Of a stretch of 64,000 nt of DNA, positions 1 to 11,323 are shown piece after piece. The notes below the pieces were generated by a model. That model was given only the letters and a program-made list of their open reading frames with translations. It had not been told where the DNA came from and searched no databases. A program made the position numbers and the translations under genes. The stretch spans positions 62,001-126,000 of the forward strand of contig JAYWIR010000021.1 in the NCBI GenBank assembly GCA_036172245.1, read 5' to 3'. The DNA is from Raillietiella orientalis (lineage: Eukaryota). The first letter of the stretch is position 1, and each line of letters opens with the position of its first letter.

Positions 1-2159
1 CTCTTCTGCACCGCGCGAATCGCCCGTGATCAACCGCGCCTTTCTGATGTGACCGCAAGCAAAGGCGTCGCTTCGTAGCGATCTGCTGCCAGTGAATCTT
101 GCAAGCGCCCATTCTCGCATCGCGGTGTTTCCGGCGAAGGCAGGAACCTTCCAGCTGCGCCGTTCGTCTAGGCTGGGATCAGCCCGAAACCTCAACGCAG
201 GGAACCCTCCGGGCAGGCGTGAGAGCGGCATGTCACCTGCAGAGATTCCGGGATGCTCCCGCGGGACATCTCTGTAGGTGGACTTGGTCCTTCTCGGCGT
301 CCAAGGGAAGGTCAATAGAGCGCCCTCGGATGCATGGAAACGCGTTCCCTCTGCTCTCGCAGCTTTCGGAGTGACGAAATGAATCGCCTCGCCGTCATTC
401 TCATCCGCTTTGGAAGTACGTTAGTCCTCTCTGGTGCTCGAGAGAGGAGAAGGAACGCGGGCGCAGCCGCCACCTTGCTCGCTCTCGCCTGCTTTCGTGG
501 TTGCTCGACCGAGGAGTCGCACATGCCGCGGGCAGTTTCCAGCCAGGTGAACGCGGCTGAGGACGAACGGCAAGCAGGGAGGACGCGCTCCTTTCAGCGC
601 CCACGCCCTTCCATGGCTCGAGACGAGGATCTGCCCCAGATGTCAGAGGCACCCTTGCTGAACAGCCACCGTCCCATCGAGGTCTCTGAAGGAGGGGCGG
701 TGGCGACCTGTTTTGGCTGGGCGTGCGGCTCCGCTCGCCCGCTCGCAATCCGGAATGGACAGCGCGCGTGGGCCGCGGAAGCAGTCCCCGAGGTATGCTG
801 CGCTTCCCTGCGTAGACCGCGTTTCAGAACGCCTGTCGGATCTCTGCAGCCGCCTGCGCCCACGTCTGCGAGCTGGGCGCAGCTCTCTGCGCAGAAGTCG
901 GCTGCAATCTCCTTCCCTGAGACACCACAGCTCGCCGCAAAAACGGAAGGGGTGCGGAAGTCTTCCCGAGCTTTCTGGACTTCTGGGCTGCGTTCGCCTC
1001 AGGCAAAGCAGCGCCCAGCGAACGGAGCGACTGCAAGGTGATGCACGGTCTAGGAAGCAGCTGGGAAGGGAGGCCAGGAGCTACGTCGAACCACAAGGAA
1101 CAGCCGGAATCTCTTCGATGGACGACTCGTCCTCCCCTCGCGACCGCTGCGGGACATCCCGCGGAGGGTACCGCGCTTGCGGCTTCCTCGCTCTGGAGTC
1201 CCAATTCTACAAGCCCAGAGTGCCGTGGATGCTTCCGGCCCACGAAAAAGCGTGTGAGCTGCAGTCGCCTCTTTTACCAAGAGAAGCTGGTGACCTGCAG
1301 GTGGATGACCAGCCGAACCAGCTGACCTTGCGGCATCGGAAGAAGCCGGAAGCAATCACTGAAGTCTGCCGTCGCGGGCAGGAAGTGAAACAGGGAAGAG
1401 GAACGTGTGCTGTTTTGCCCTTCGCAAAGGAAGAGCACCTCGGGCAGTCCAGCCAGGCAGATGAAAGGGGAATTTTAGGAACCACTTCAGAAACACGCAG
1501 AGGAAGCGCGGGGGTCCGCGCTGGCCGCCGCAGTTCCGGTAGAGTCCAGCAAGGAAGGGGGAGCTCCCAAAGACCTCTGTGAGCCACGCCTGAGAGGCAC
1601 CCTTGTTGGTCAGTGCGCAGGAGACTTTCCGGACTGCACTGGTCAGAGCGCAATGGGTCAAGACTCGAACCATGGAGCCAGGTACAGTCTTGTGCGGCTG
1701 CTGCCTTCATAGGTTTTCGACAGGGTCGGTGGGATGGTCATGGCTCGGGGCGCTCAGTGAAGCCGCAATGTACTCATCGGTTCGTTTTCCGTGGTCACCG
1801 GACCGCAGCGGAGGATTCAGCTGCTTGATTGCGTGTGTTGCAGCTGCCACGTTTCTCGCTCGGAGTGGTATCTGTAGTTTGTCTTGTGCGAGTATTTTTT
1901 CTTTCTTCCTTTTATGATGCCTGTAATCGTTGGCTTGATTTGAGTTCAGTGGAGGAGGGTCGGTGGGAATTTGTGGTTTTTTTGACCTTGGGAGATTCGC
2001 TGAGACCTTAGCGTGCCTAGGCACGATTGTGGCGACCGAGACCCTTGAAGAATTTTGGATGGCTTTTTTTGTGTATGTGATCTCCCTGCTGCTCCCAACG
2101 GGAACACCTGTCCTGAGTCGTTTCTCTGGCTCAAGAATTTCCATGGAGTCTCAGGAAAG

Positions 2160-2207
2160 TATATATATATAACGCTCTTAATTGCTCACCTGGATTGGGA
2201 AATCAGT
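2160..2207 (+). promoter_or_regulatory. Core promoter of gene A: TATA tract plus arthropod-type initiator
   Basis: TATATATATATAA at 2160-2172, TCAGT at 2203-2207, ATG at 2256. Confidence 0.6.
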
Positions 2208-2255
2208 GAAACCTGGAAGTTTCTGCCCGGGAAAAGAAGCGGACGTGGAAGACTG

Positions 2256-5120
2256 ATGACGCGCGCCTTCGTTCTCTCAGTTGCGTTGCTAGGTAAGTTC
2301 ACCCTTTGGTAGTGGAGCCGCTGCGTTCGAATTCCCGGAAACACAAAATTCCGATCGGTCGAAGATCCCTCTGCAGTCGCTGCATGCACTTTGCTGCCCG
2401 TGGGTAGGAACGCTGGTTTGTCTGTAGCAGTTCAGATACCTATGGCAATGCCGCCAAGCTTGTCGTGCTCTGGCTTGGCACTGGAGCTCTTGGTGAACTT
2501 TCCAGCTCCTGTAGGGGATGGAAAGTGAACGCCAATCTGCTTCTGTAGGGGAAGGAAAGTGAACGCCAATCTGCTTCCGACACCTATTGGGTTGATCGAT
2601 GGCTGTAACAGAAAACGGGAGGCTTAAATAGAATGGAAGCTAGTTTTCGTACGCATTTACAAAAGCATCTGTATGTGTCATTCAGCTGACCTGAGAGTTG
2701 TCGTTCAAACGCTATCGGCTGTTGGTTTGTTCATGATGGTCGTGGTAACGTGATGAAATCGAATGCAGAAATGGAGAATGGGGAAGAATGCAGAAACGGG
2801 TGCAGAGAGGGGAGCTCAGCTCCCCTGAAAAAATCTTCGTAATCAGTTCGATGAGACATGGAAAGCACCACAGTTCCATAAATGGATTCATCGGTTCCCA
2901 ATCGCGCGTATCCAAAATGATAAGCAGCTTCAGCCTGCAGAGGACGCATCATATGGAGCACACAACTTTCCGTGGAAAACGCCTAAAGGCTCTTTATCTT
3001 CTGCATCATCTCTTAAGGCTACGAAATCGACATTTTCCTCGAGACTGTTGTTGAATTGATGGAGTAATGATGTACAATGTATAGAACATATATCATTTCC
3101 GCATCTTCATGTGAGGATGCGGATGCTATCTGGAAGAACAACGAAGGCCACGGAAGCTCCTCCGACAATGCTACAACCTCAAATGAGCTTCCTGCATACA
3201 AAAAAGCCATTTCTTTTTCATGCGGAACTCGTATGGAACAATACCAATGATGAATTGTGGATTCAGTCTGCTGTTCTTTTTCCAGCGCCTTCAACTTTAA
3301 GTGAATCGAACATCGAATCCCTGACGACTCCCTTGAAACGGGTCACCTGATCCTTTCTTGATTTCGGGAACTCTCAGAAGCTCCTCGTACTAGGGATAAA
3401 GAAAAGGAACACAAAAGATAGCTGACGATGATTGATCGCTTCTCGAACGCATCTTGCTTTCCATTATCTTTATTCAATCCGTATTTATTGCAGTAACCTC
3501 CCTGATCAAGAGATGGCAACCAGCAGCAAACACAATCTTGTCTTCAGCACGCAGAACACAGAAACGAGCACAGAAACACGCTTCGATAGCAAACACAGAT
3601 GCGATAACCAGGCGAGTGAAGAAGCCCATGTCTCTTCAGGAGGAAAAAAAGCTAATTTCCTCTACAGAAACAGATTCGGCAGCAGCATCAGAACCACAGA
3701 GTAGTCTCCACCTAATAAACGAGCTCCTACGACTCCTTTAACAGAAGAAGCCGATGCAAATGCGATTTTTTGTGCGATGATCGCCCGCTTACCAGCATAT
3801 CGCTTTCTGCTACACAAAAGACCACGCACCACACGTGTCGACCAACCAGCCGGACCGCCGCGAAAGAGTTCCGACTGGCGGAGCATTCCCAGAGAAACAC
3901 TTCGGAGACGCCTCCCACCAGTTTGCGGACGCGCCCACGGGCCTCGTCGGCTTCGTGAGAGGCAAAGCTCTGAGGTCGCGCGAAGCCTCACGCCGGCCGG
4001 CAGCGAGCCGGTGGCGCTTCGTCGACCGGAAGTGGAGAGAGGGAGAACAGTGCGCTCCGTCCGGCCGAGGAAGCTGTTGGGCCCCTCGCTAGGCGGCGAG
4101 ACAGGAAGCCCGCCGCCGGGAGGAAGAGTTGCGTTCGGCTGCGCCCTTCCTCCGTCGCCAGGTTCCTCCGCGCGCCTCCGTCCGTGCGAGATGAGTGTTT
4201 CGCGCACTGAGGTGTATTGTCTTTGCTCCTAGCCGCCCTCTACCAGCAGGCGGAGCCGTCGGGAATCGGTTCCCTATTCCACGAGGCGGCCGTCCTTCAG
4301 GATGGGCTTGTGACGAGGCAAGACGCCGTCTCGCCAGACAGGTAAAGGGTGACCCGCCCTGCCTGGACTTCCTTCCTTTCATGTGCTCCAGCCTAGCGTT
4401 CTCCTTGGTGAGGAATTTCATGGCGAAAACTGAGGAGCTCCTGTATACGCTCGAAACCGTCTCCAGAGTGCCCGAACCTGGGAGCTTGTCCGGGGTTTTC
4501 AGGACTTTCGTGAAGGAATTCAAGACGTCCATGTACGCGGTCCTGGACTTGATAAAGACGTTTGAGTACAGAAAGATCCTCGAAACGTGGGAAAAGTGAG
4601 TAGCGTCGTGCACTCGGAAGGCAGCAGGGGTCGGGGAGGGGGCGTCTGCCGCAGGCAGGACGAACACCCTGTGTCCTTCTGGGGAGGAAGAAGCGGCGAT
4701 GCGGGACGCCTCCACTTCCTCAATCGGTGGCGTTCCACATCGCGCTGCTTGGCCCGAGTCCCTGCCGGGAGAGGAGCGCCCAGAGGCGATGGAAGATGGG
4801 CACACCGGCAGGAGCCTTTCTGTGGCCCTGGCCAGAGCTTCCCCGCGCTTCCGCGCGGAGTCGAACCCTTCCTCCACGCCTGCGTGATCCTTCCCGATTC
4901 CTTCCGTAGGCTGGACAATAGTATCAACAGAACCGCCCTGAGGTTCCAGGAAGCTGCGAACATTGTCGGTCGAGAGTTCGCCAACAACCCCAAGATGATG
5001 ATCGAGAGGTCGGCTGGAGCGGCGCTGGCACTGGTTTCCAGCACAGCCAACGACATCTACGTGCTCGTCAGAGCGCACCAGCGCCTCTCTGATAATACAC
5101 AGAAAGGGAGAAGCGCATAA
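2256..5120 (+). CDS. Gene A: secreted, Cys-free, putatively alpha-helical protein of unknown function, 186 aa; exons 2256-2292, 4233-4341, 4392-4595, 4910-5120
   Basis: All introns are GT-AG with pyrimidine-rich acceptors (G|gtaagt, ctcctag|, AG|gtaaag, ctccag|, AA|gtgagt, ccgtag|). Phases 1,2,2 join into one 561-nt ORF: MTRAFVLSVALLAALYQQAEP (signal-like) SGIGSLFHEAAVLQDGLVTRQDAVSPDSLAFSLVRNFMAKTEELLYTLETVSRVPEPGSLSGVFRTFVKEFKTSMYAVLDLIKTFEYRKILETWEKLDNSINRTALRFQEAANIVGREFANNPKMMIERSAGAALALVSSTANDIYVLVRAHQRLSDNTQKGRSA*. AATAAA at 5188-5193. Homologous to gene C. Confidence 0.85.
2509..2576. repeat. Tandem duplication, 2 x 34 bp, in intron 1 of gene A
   Basis: ctgtaggggatggaaagtgaacgccaatctgctt followed by a copy with one mismatch. 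Confidence 0.9.
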
Positions 5121-8100
5121 AGAAGATGGGGATCGGAGCGCCCCGACACTCCGAATGCGGCTGCATCTTCCACCACGAGCATCTGACAATAAATGTCTTG
5201 GTTCTTTCCGATGCCGCTCGTTGCTTGGGCACGAGTCTTCCACTTACAATGCCTCCGGAGATGGATAGCGCGCGCGCTGCCGCGTCCCCGACCTCTCTGC
5301 CGCCGAGGCTCAGGAGTGAGGTGGGAAACCACCCCCCGCCTCTTCGAGGGGAACGCACAAGAGTTTGCATCCCGACTCCAACATTTTCCAGGAGGCTTTC
5401 CGCGGCGCGACGGGGCGGTCACCACGCACTAGTGGTGTCCTACCACGAATCTGGTGGTAGGCTACACACGATCCCGGATGCGCCCGCCCCTCTTGGAAAC
5501 GTCGGGCTGATCTTTACCCGGAGGCGTTCCACGTCCTGCTGCATCGCTTACTTTCTCCTCCGAGTCGCCGAGACACGTGGACCTTCGGAAGGTCGGAGGA
5601 AGTCCCGCGAAATCACTTTGCAGGATCAGCGCTGCCGGAACGTCCCTCCCCTCCCGAGGTACCCCGCAGCCGCATTGCCGGTTGTTGCTTCAGCATGCAG
5701 TCTTTCCGGGAAGTGCACTCTGCCCCTCCGTGAATGCCGGCCGTGGCCCTCCGCCCGCCCGCGCGGGGCAGACATTCCAGGTGGCTCCGGACTCGCCCGA
5801 AGTCCCATTCGAAGGTCCCTCTGCCACTGTCCTTCCGACTGCGTCTCTCCGCATCGGCGTGCCGACTTCCCCTGGAAGTTCCCCTGGCACGACGATGCGG
5901 AGTTCCTTCCCTGCAGAGTTCCCTTTCCCTGGAAGGGGATACTGTAGCGTCCGAAGAGGACGCCTGCCTTCAGGCTATACGTCTGCACGTCCCTCGAGAG
6001 CAGGTGATACGCCCAGAGCTGGCGCGCTGGTGCTCCTCCCTGCTCTCCCATTCACTGAATCCCCGCTATGTTCCCAAAGAATCCACCGCCGCCGCACTAG
6101 CAGGACTTTTTTTTTTCTTTTAACCTGGAAGGTCGGATTTTCCGCTTCCTGGTGCTTCCCCTGCGAAGGACACCCAAGAAAAGACACCTGCAAAGACATC
6201 CATCCGACCTGCCCTTCGGACGGTGGAGCACATGGACCTCGCTGTCACACAACTCTGACTCTCCCATGCGTTTCCTGGTTACCTTCCCCGTTTCCTGGAA
6301 CCAGAAGCGACTCCGCCACTGAAGGGCGGGAGCACCTGCATCGGCCCTCCGGCCTTGCAGGTGAATGCTCGGAGCGCCTGCGTCAAAGGTTGGATATCCA
6401 AACTTGCCCTTTCGCCACTTGCCCGGAGCCCGACCGTACGGAAACACATCCGCAATAAGAGCACACAAGAGCACCTTTTTTCGATACCTTGCATTCTCCT
6501 TCCGGATCCAAAACTATGGAGCTGACGGGATCCATTCCTCTTGGAGCCGACCCCTTGAGAGCTGGCCAAGATTTCCGGGAAACCCCCTGAGCAGCCACAC
6601 GACCTCCAGCAGGTCTCTCAGGACTGCCCAGGAAGGTGCCGCCGCCTCCCTCACGCGATGACAAATGCGCAACGGAAAGCTCCAGAGACCGCAGCATCTT
6701 CCGAAGCCAGGAGATCGCTTCTCCCGCCTGGACCGCGGCGGCGGCGGCGGCGGCCTCGCTGGTCGTAGGGACAGAAGAGCGCAGCGTTCGATGGTCGCGA
6801 AGGATCGCGGCGCCTCGGGGCTTTCACGCGCAGGGCGACCTCCGCTCCAAACTCGCACCCCTCGTCACCCTCGCAGCGCCAGCCCGCCGCTCCGCGCGCG
6901 CATCCTCGCCGGCGCGAAAGCGTCGCCAGGGACTGGGCGCGACGGTTTCGTGCGCGCAGATCTTCCCGACCGTTCCTCTTGGGACGTCGTCGCGGCGGCC
7001 CGCGAGGAACCGGCGCCGAGCGCGGAGTGCGGAAGGCCGACTTCCGGTCCGTTCGGCCGAGCGAAGAATCGCGCGTCGCCTGGAAGCGCCTCTTCGCGCG
7101 GGCCGGCCGCTCAGCCTCCCTCCCTCGGAGCAGCGCTCGCGGCTCCCGCGTCCCGAGCTCTCCGCGCAATAAGGTAGCACGAAGAAGGCAGCTGAGCTCT
7201 TCGACGCAGCGTTTCTCGCTCAGCTTCGGGGACTGTATTCCTTGTCTTCCCCCCTCCGCCCTGTCGAACTTTACGACGTCGTTGCTGTCAACGCCGGCGT
7301 GATGGATTTCCTTGCCGAGCGAGGTCGACACGGCGCGCGCTGCGCAGCTGCACCCCCGCGTGGGGACGCGTCGCTCGCAGGGGGGCCTCGCCTTCCCGGA
7401 AGACTCTGGAAAATGGCTTCTTCGCACGTGCGCCCGCGCGACGTTCCCGGGCAGCATGGGAACCGCGTAACCCGCGCACCAAGTCGCCACGCGTGCACGG
7501 CGAGTTGGCGTCGGAACGGACGTTCCGCTGCGCTTCGCGCCCCAGCAGGAGACGCGGGCGGCGGCGGAGCTGGCCGTTCGGTGCCTTCCAGGCAGCGCGT
7601 CCAGGCAAAGAGACGGCGGGCCTGCCGACCCGGCTGCAGAGGGGCGCCATCCTCGGTCACGGCCGCCATCGGGGTCGAGTCGCTGGCTTCGCAACGCGGC
7701 GGTAGGGTCAGTTGCGTGGCGGACCGGAGACTGCAGTGCTCCGGCTCTTGCGAGAGCAGTGCGAGGGAACCGCCGTGGGCGTCCCCGGATCGGCGCACTT
7801 CGCCAGCGGTCGCGCACGTCCCCCTCCGCGCTGATCCACCCCGAGGTGCCCTTTCCTTGCGGACAATTTCCGGAGAGATGCTCGAGAACGTCTCCCGCGT
7901 GGAGGCGGCCCGTTGAGGAAGCGCTCACGGAGGTGCTGCCGTTCCCTTAGGCGCCCTCGCCGCCACGTCCGGCGACTGCCAGGCTCGCACCCCCGGCGGA
8001 ATGCCGCTGCCTGCAACCGGGACGCTTCTCGGGCCGAAATACGACCCGCCTGCGCACCTCGGGACTAGGCGGAGGGGGGGCGCCGGGAAGGAGGAGGAAG

Positions 8101-8899
8101 CGACCTCTCCCGGAGAAGGGACGCCGTTCCCGTGCTCGGACCGAGTGGCGCGGTTTCCTCCGGAGAGCGTTGCGCGCGCCGCGTGAGACAGCCAGTGCCT
8201 TCTCGCCTCCGCACCGCGTACGTTCCCTTCGCTTCCGCGGTGGGGGTGGTCCGCCCTCGACCCGGCCTGGTCTCGAGGTTCCGCTTCGGTCCCTTTCGGC
8301 CCGGAATGAGTGGCCACGCTGCCTACAGCTCTTACGCACGCGGGGCTGCAAATCTGCCTCGCCTCCTCCGTCACGTCTTCTCTTCGTGGTGCTTTCTGCG
8401 TCTTCGCTCGCATCGTGGTGCACAGGCGCAACGCGACCCCGACAGCTTCCCTTGCGCTGGGCGCACCACAGGCCGACGTTGCTAGGTTTCGCCTGCTCAG
8501 GACTGGCTTCTGCTTGGAACCTCACTTGGAAATGCACCAATCTTTCGTGATTGCTTCACCTGATTCTTCAATCGGTGAATTAATCGGCGAACGCTGCGGG
8601 ACGTGGAGTGCTTGAACGCTGTGAGAGTGCAAACGATGAATGCAGTCGTTGACGGAGCTCTGCAGATGTTCCTTTCGCAATGGACAATCAGTGTGAAAGC
8701 AGCTGTTTCTGGATGCTTTCGGCGGAAAAGAGGTTTCCTCCAATCTTTGGATTCACCTCAAATTGAAAATCTACTGCTGCAGGGATGGTTTTCGAATTCA
8801 AAAATGCATGCGCACACGCGGAAGCTTCGAATGTCGCAGCAGCTCCAATTCAGAGGTTGATCTCCTCGAACCTTCTCCGGAATAGCGACTCGGATGCAG

Positions 8900-9930
8900 C
8901 GCAACGATGCATGAAAAGCAGAGATGGCGCGCTTGCAGTGTCACTCCTATTCATCAGCACTAACGAAGAATGAAAGTACCCGAATTCCAAAGGTAACTGA
9001 AGTGTAAACCCCCATCTTGGAAGGTCGGCCTTCAGCTAAGCAAAAAAATCTTCTTCGTCCCAAAAGTACTGTAAACTGTTTGGCTCGTAACGTATGCACA
9101 TGAACCCTCCAAGAATTCGCTCCGACTTCTGCTAAAACGCTGAGTGCGTGAACGATGCTTTGTGGACACATTCGATGCAGCACGTGCTCAGTGCCATAGA
9201 AGAACCGACCTCGAGAAGTGCGCTCGTTTGAAATCTTTGACTCGCTTTCGTCATTCAATCTTCGGCCGGTTGGTGTGCTTTCGGATATCGACACTGTCAA
9301 TAGGAGGAACGCTGAAGAACATGCGCCAGTTCGAACATTGCCATCGACGCTTCGAGTTTGATGCCACTCCACCTGGGCAGAAAATCTCGGAGGCTCGCGC
9401 AAGTCTTTGAAAGCATTTGAATTTTCAATCCCGAAAGACTGGCGCCTACCGTATGGAGTATCCGGGCCTGTTTGGCCTTGTGCCCACTAAGGTGCAACAT
9501 GATGTCCGCTTTATTGCTCTCGACTTACCAGGCGGCAGCAGAGTGCGAGGCAGGCATTTCTTGGAACCCGCTGTTGTCCGAGATACTTGGTTCGAGTTTC
9601 CATCCGGCACGCCCGCTCCTCCGCTTGAAATCCAAGAAATGCAAGAGTCCGAGCGGACATCGGAGTCCGCATGCGAAGGAGAGCGATCACCTCATCCATC
9701 TCCTCTGTCTCGCGCTCCTCCTTCATCTGCTCACCTCTCCGTATGCGTTTCAGTTCGTCCGTTCTCGTGACCCCGAAGTCGACTTCTTGTCTGCGATGGA
9801 TGAGTGTTCCGAGAGACGCGAGCTCCGTCTCTGTAAGGCAAACGAAAGTGAAAGCTCAGTGCAAGAGTTCTTGGTCGCTGTTTCGAGCGAGAACGCGAAA
9901 GAGCAAGAGAAACGCATTCCAGGAAGTTGA
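8900..9930 (+). mobile_element. Possible highly decayed LINE remnant
   Basis: The fragment RKTGAYRMEYP (ORF 9417) resembles the TGA(Y/F)RTSP motif downstream of RT in I/R1-group LINEs. No intact ORF; boundaries are rough. Confidence 0.25.
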
Positions 9931-10914
9931 CTCACCGTACGAAAAGCAGCAAGGCTGGGCGGGAACAGCGGAAACCATTCTTTCCGAAGAGTGGATCCCA
10001 GCAGAGGCACATTCTTCCGTCACCGGCACGTACGTATCAGCGGCGATCCTGCTGGGAGCTGCAGTACGAGAATTCTCCACCTTCTCCGTTCGTCCCTCAA
10101 GGCGGGTCGCAAGGTGACTCGCAGAACAACCTCTCTGGTCGTGGGTTGCATGCTCGCGTACACTGAAAGGCGAAGTTTCCGATGAGGGCGGTCAGCGGTC
10201 AGCTGGGCTTAGCTCTCGCATCGGGCGGCGTCGCGCTGGCTCCGAGTGGCTCACCGCATTGAGTACGACACAGCCGGCGCTCGAGGAAGCCCTTCCCGCA
10301 CTTCTCGCTCTCGCTTCCTGAGGGAATAGCATCTCGCAATAGTCCTCCGTCCCGCACCCACAGGCGACGGAGGACCCGTCGTCTGTGCGCGGCAAGCGCG
10401 TGACCGGGCGCGCGCATCGTCCGTTCCGTGCGGCGGGGCAACCCCCCCTCGCTCGCAGTCGCAAGCGAGGGGTGGTCACCGGTCTTTCGGCTGTCGGCGT
10501 AAAGGTGCCGCTGCGGTGGAACGTCGGTCCGCGAGGCCCGGCGGGCCTGCCGGGGCCACCGCGTTCAGCTCGCCTCGAAGCGAAATGCGGACGCGAAGCG
10601 CGAGATTTGGCCGAATGCGCGCACTCGGGGAATGGAAAAATCCACGGGACTGTGCGCTGCGGTCGATGGGGTCCGCGAATTGCCGGCCGCCTTTGCGGTG
10701 TGAGCGTGAGGCTATTTGGGGTTCCGTGCCACCGTATCTGGCGGTGGCTCAGACGTGGAGGCGGCCGCGTGCAGGCGTCCCACGCTACATGGAAAGTGGT
10801 TGAGAACGAGCTCTTGCGGGCGGTGCGGACCACTGCTTCGGAGAACGTTCTTCTTGCGCTTTCGTCATCGTCGACGTACTTTGGACAGTGAGTGGTGGAC
10901 CACCCTCATAGGAG

Positions 10915-11323
10915 GTTCTGCAAGACGCTCCCCGAAGGGAGCAGAGCGCTTCTTACACTACGGGAGGAGATCCCACAAAGGGGGTATGAACCAGCTCCAT
11001 GGTACGCGATGGAGGAGACGGCTCCTTTTTCACAACAAGTGGGAGGAAAGCTCTGAGGACTCCTTGTTTCCTAGAAGGACTCCGTCCGGTTAACTTTCTC
11101 CAATCTCGGCCTGTCAACGGGGGCATCCGCTTTCCGGCTGGCTCCAGCAGTGCCGCACCCGGAGCCAGCAGAGGCCAAGCAGCGCCATCCTACGGGGAGA
11201 ACTCCAACAGACCTCCGACACAACCCACGCTCTCTAAGTCGATCCTTACCCAAGTGGGATTCGAACCCGCAACCCTTGGTGTCACGCGCGTGGTGACCGC
11301 AGCCTCACGGCCGCCCGCGCGGG
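10915..11323 (-). mobile_element. tRNA-derived SINE, copy 1 (3'-truncated)
   Basis: Perfect B box GGTTCGAATCC on - at 11257-11267. The body matches copy 5 (e.g. gctccccgaagggag, gctccatggtaYgcgatggag). Confidence 0.8.

Noticed and set aside
3435..3445. ATCGCTTCTCG, equal to the first bases of U2 snRNA
   Set aside because: The match stops after 11 nt and is far from the Utopia-like element; likely chance.
4089..5243. 384-aa - strand ORF
   Set aside because: Antisense shadow of gene A exons 2-4.
6651..7928. 425-aa ORF and overlapping ORFs in the GC island
   Set aside because: Several frames are open at once with biased composition. A faint Merlin/ISXO2 transposase resemblance was too weak to call.
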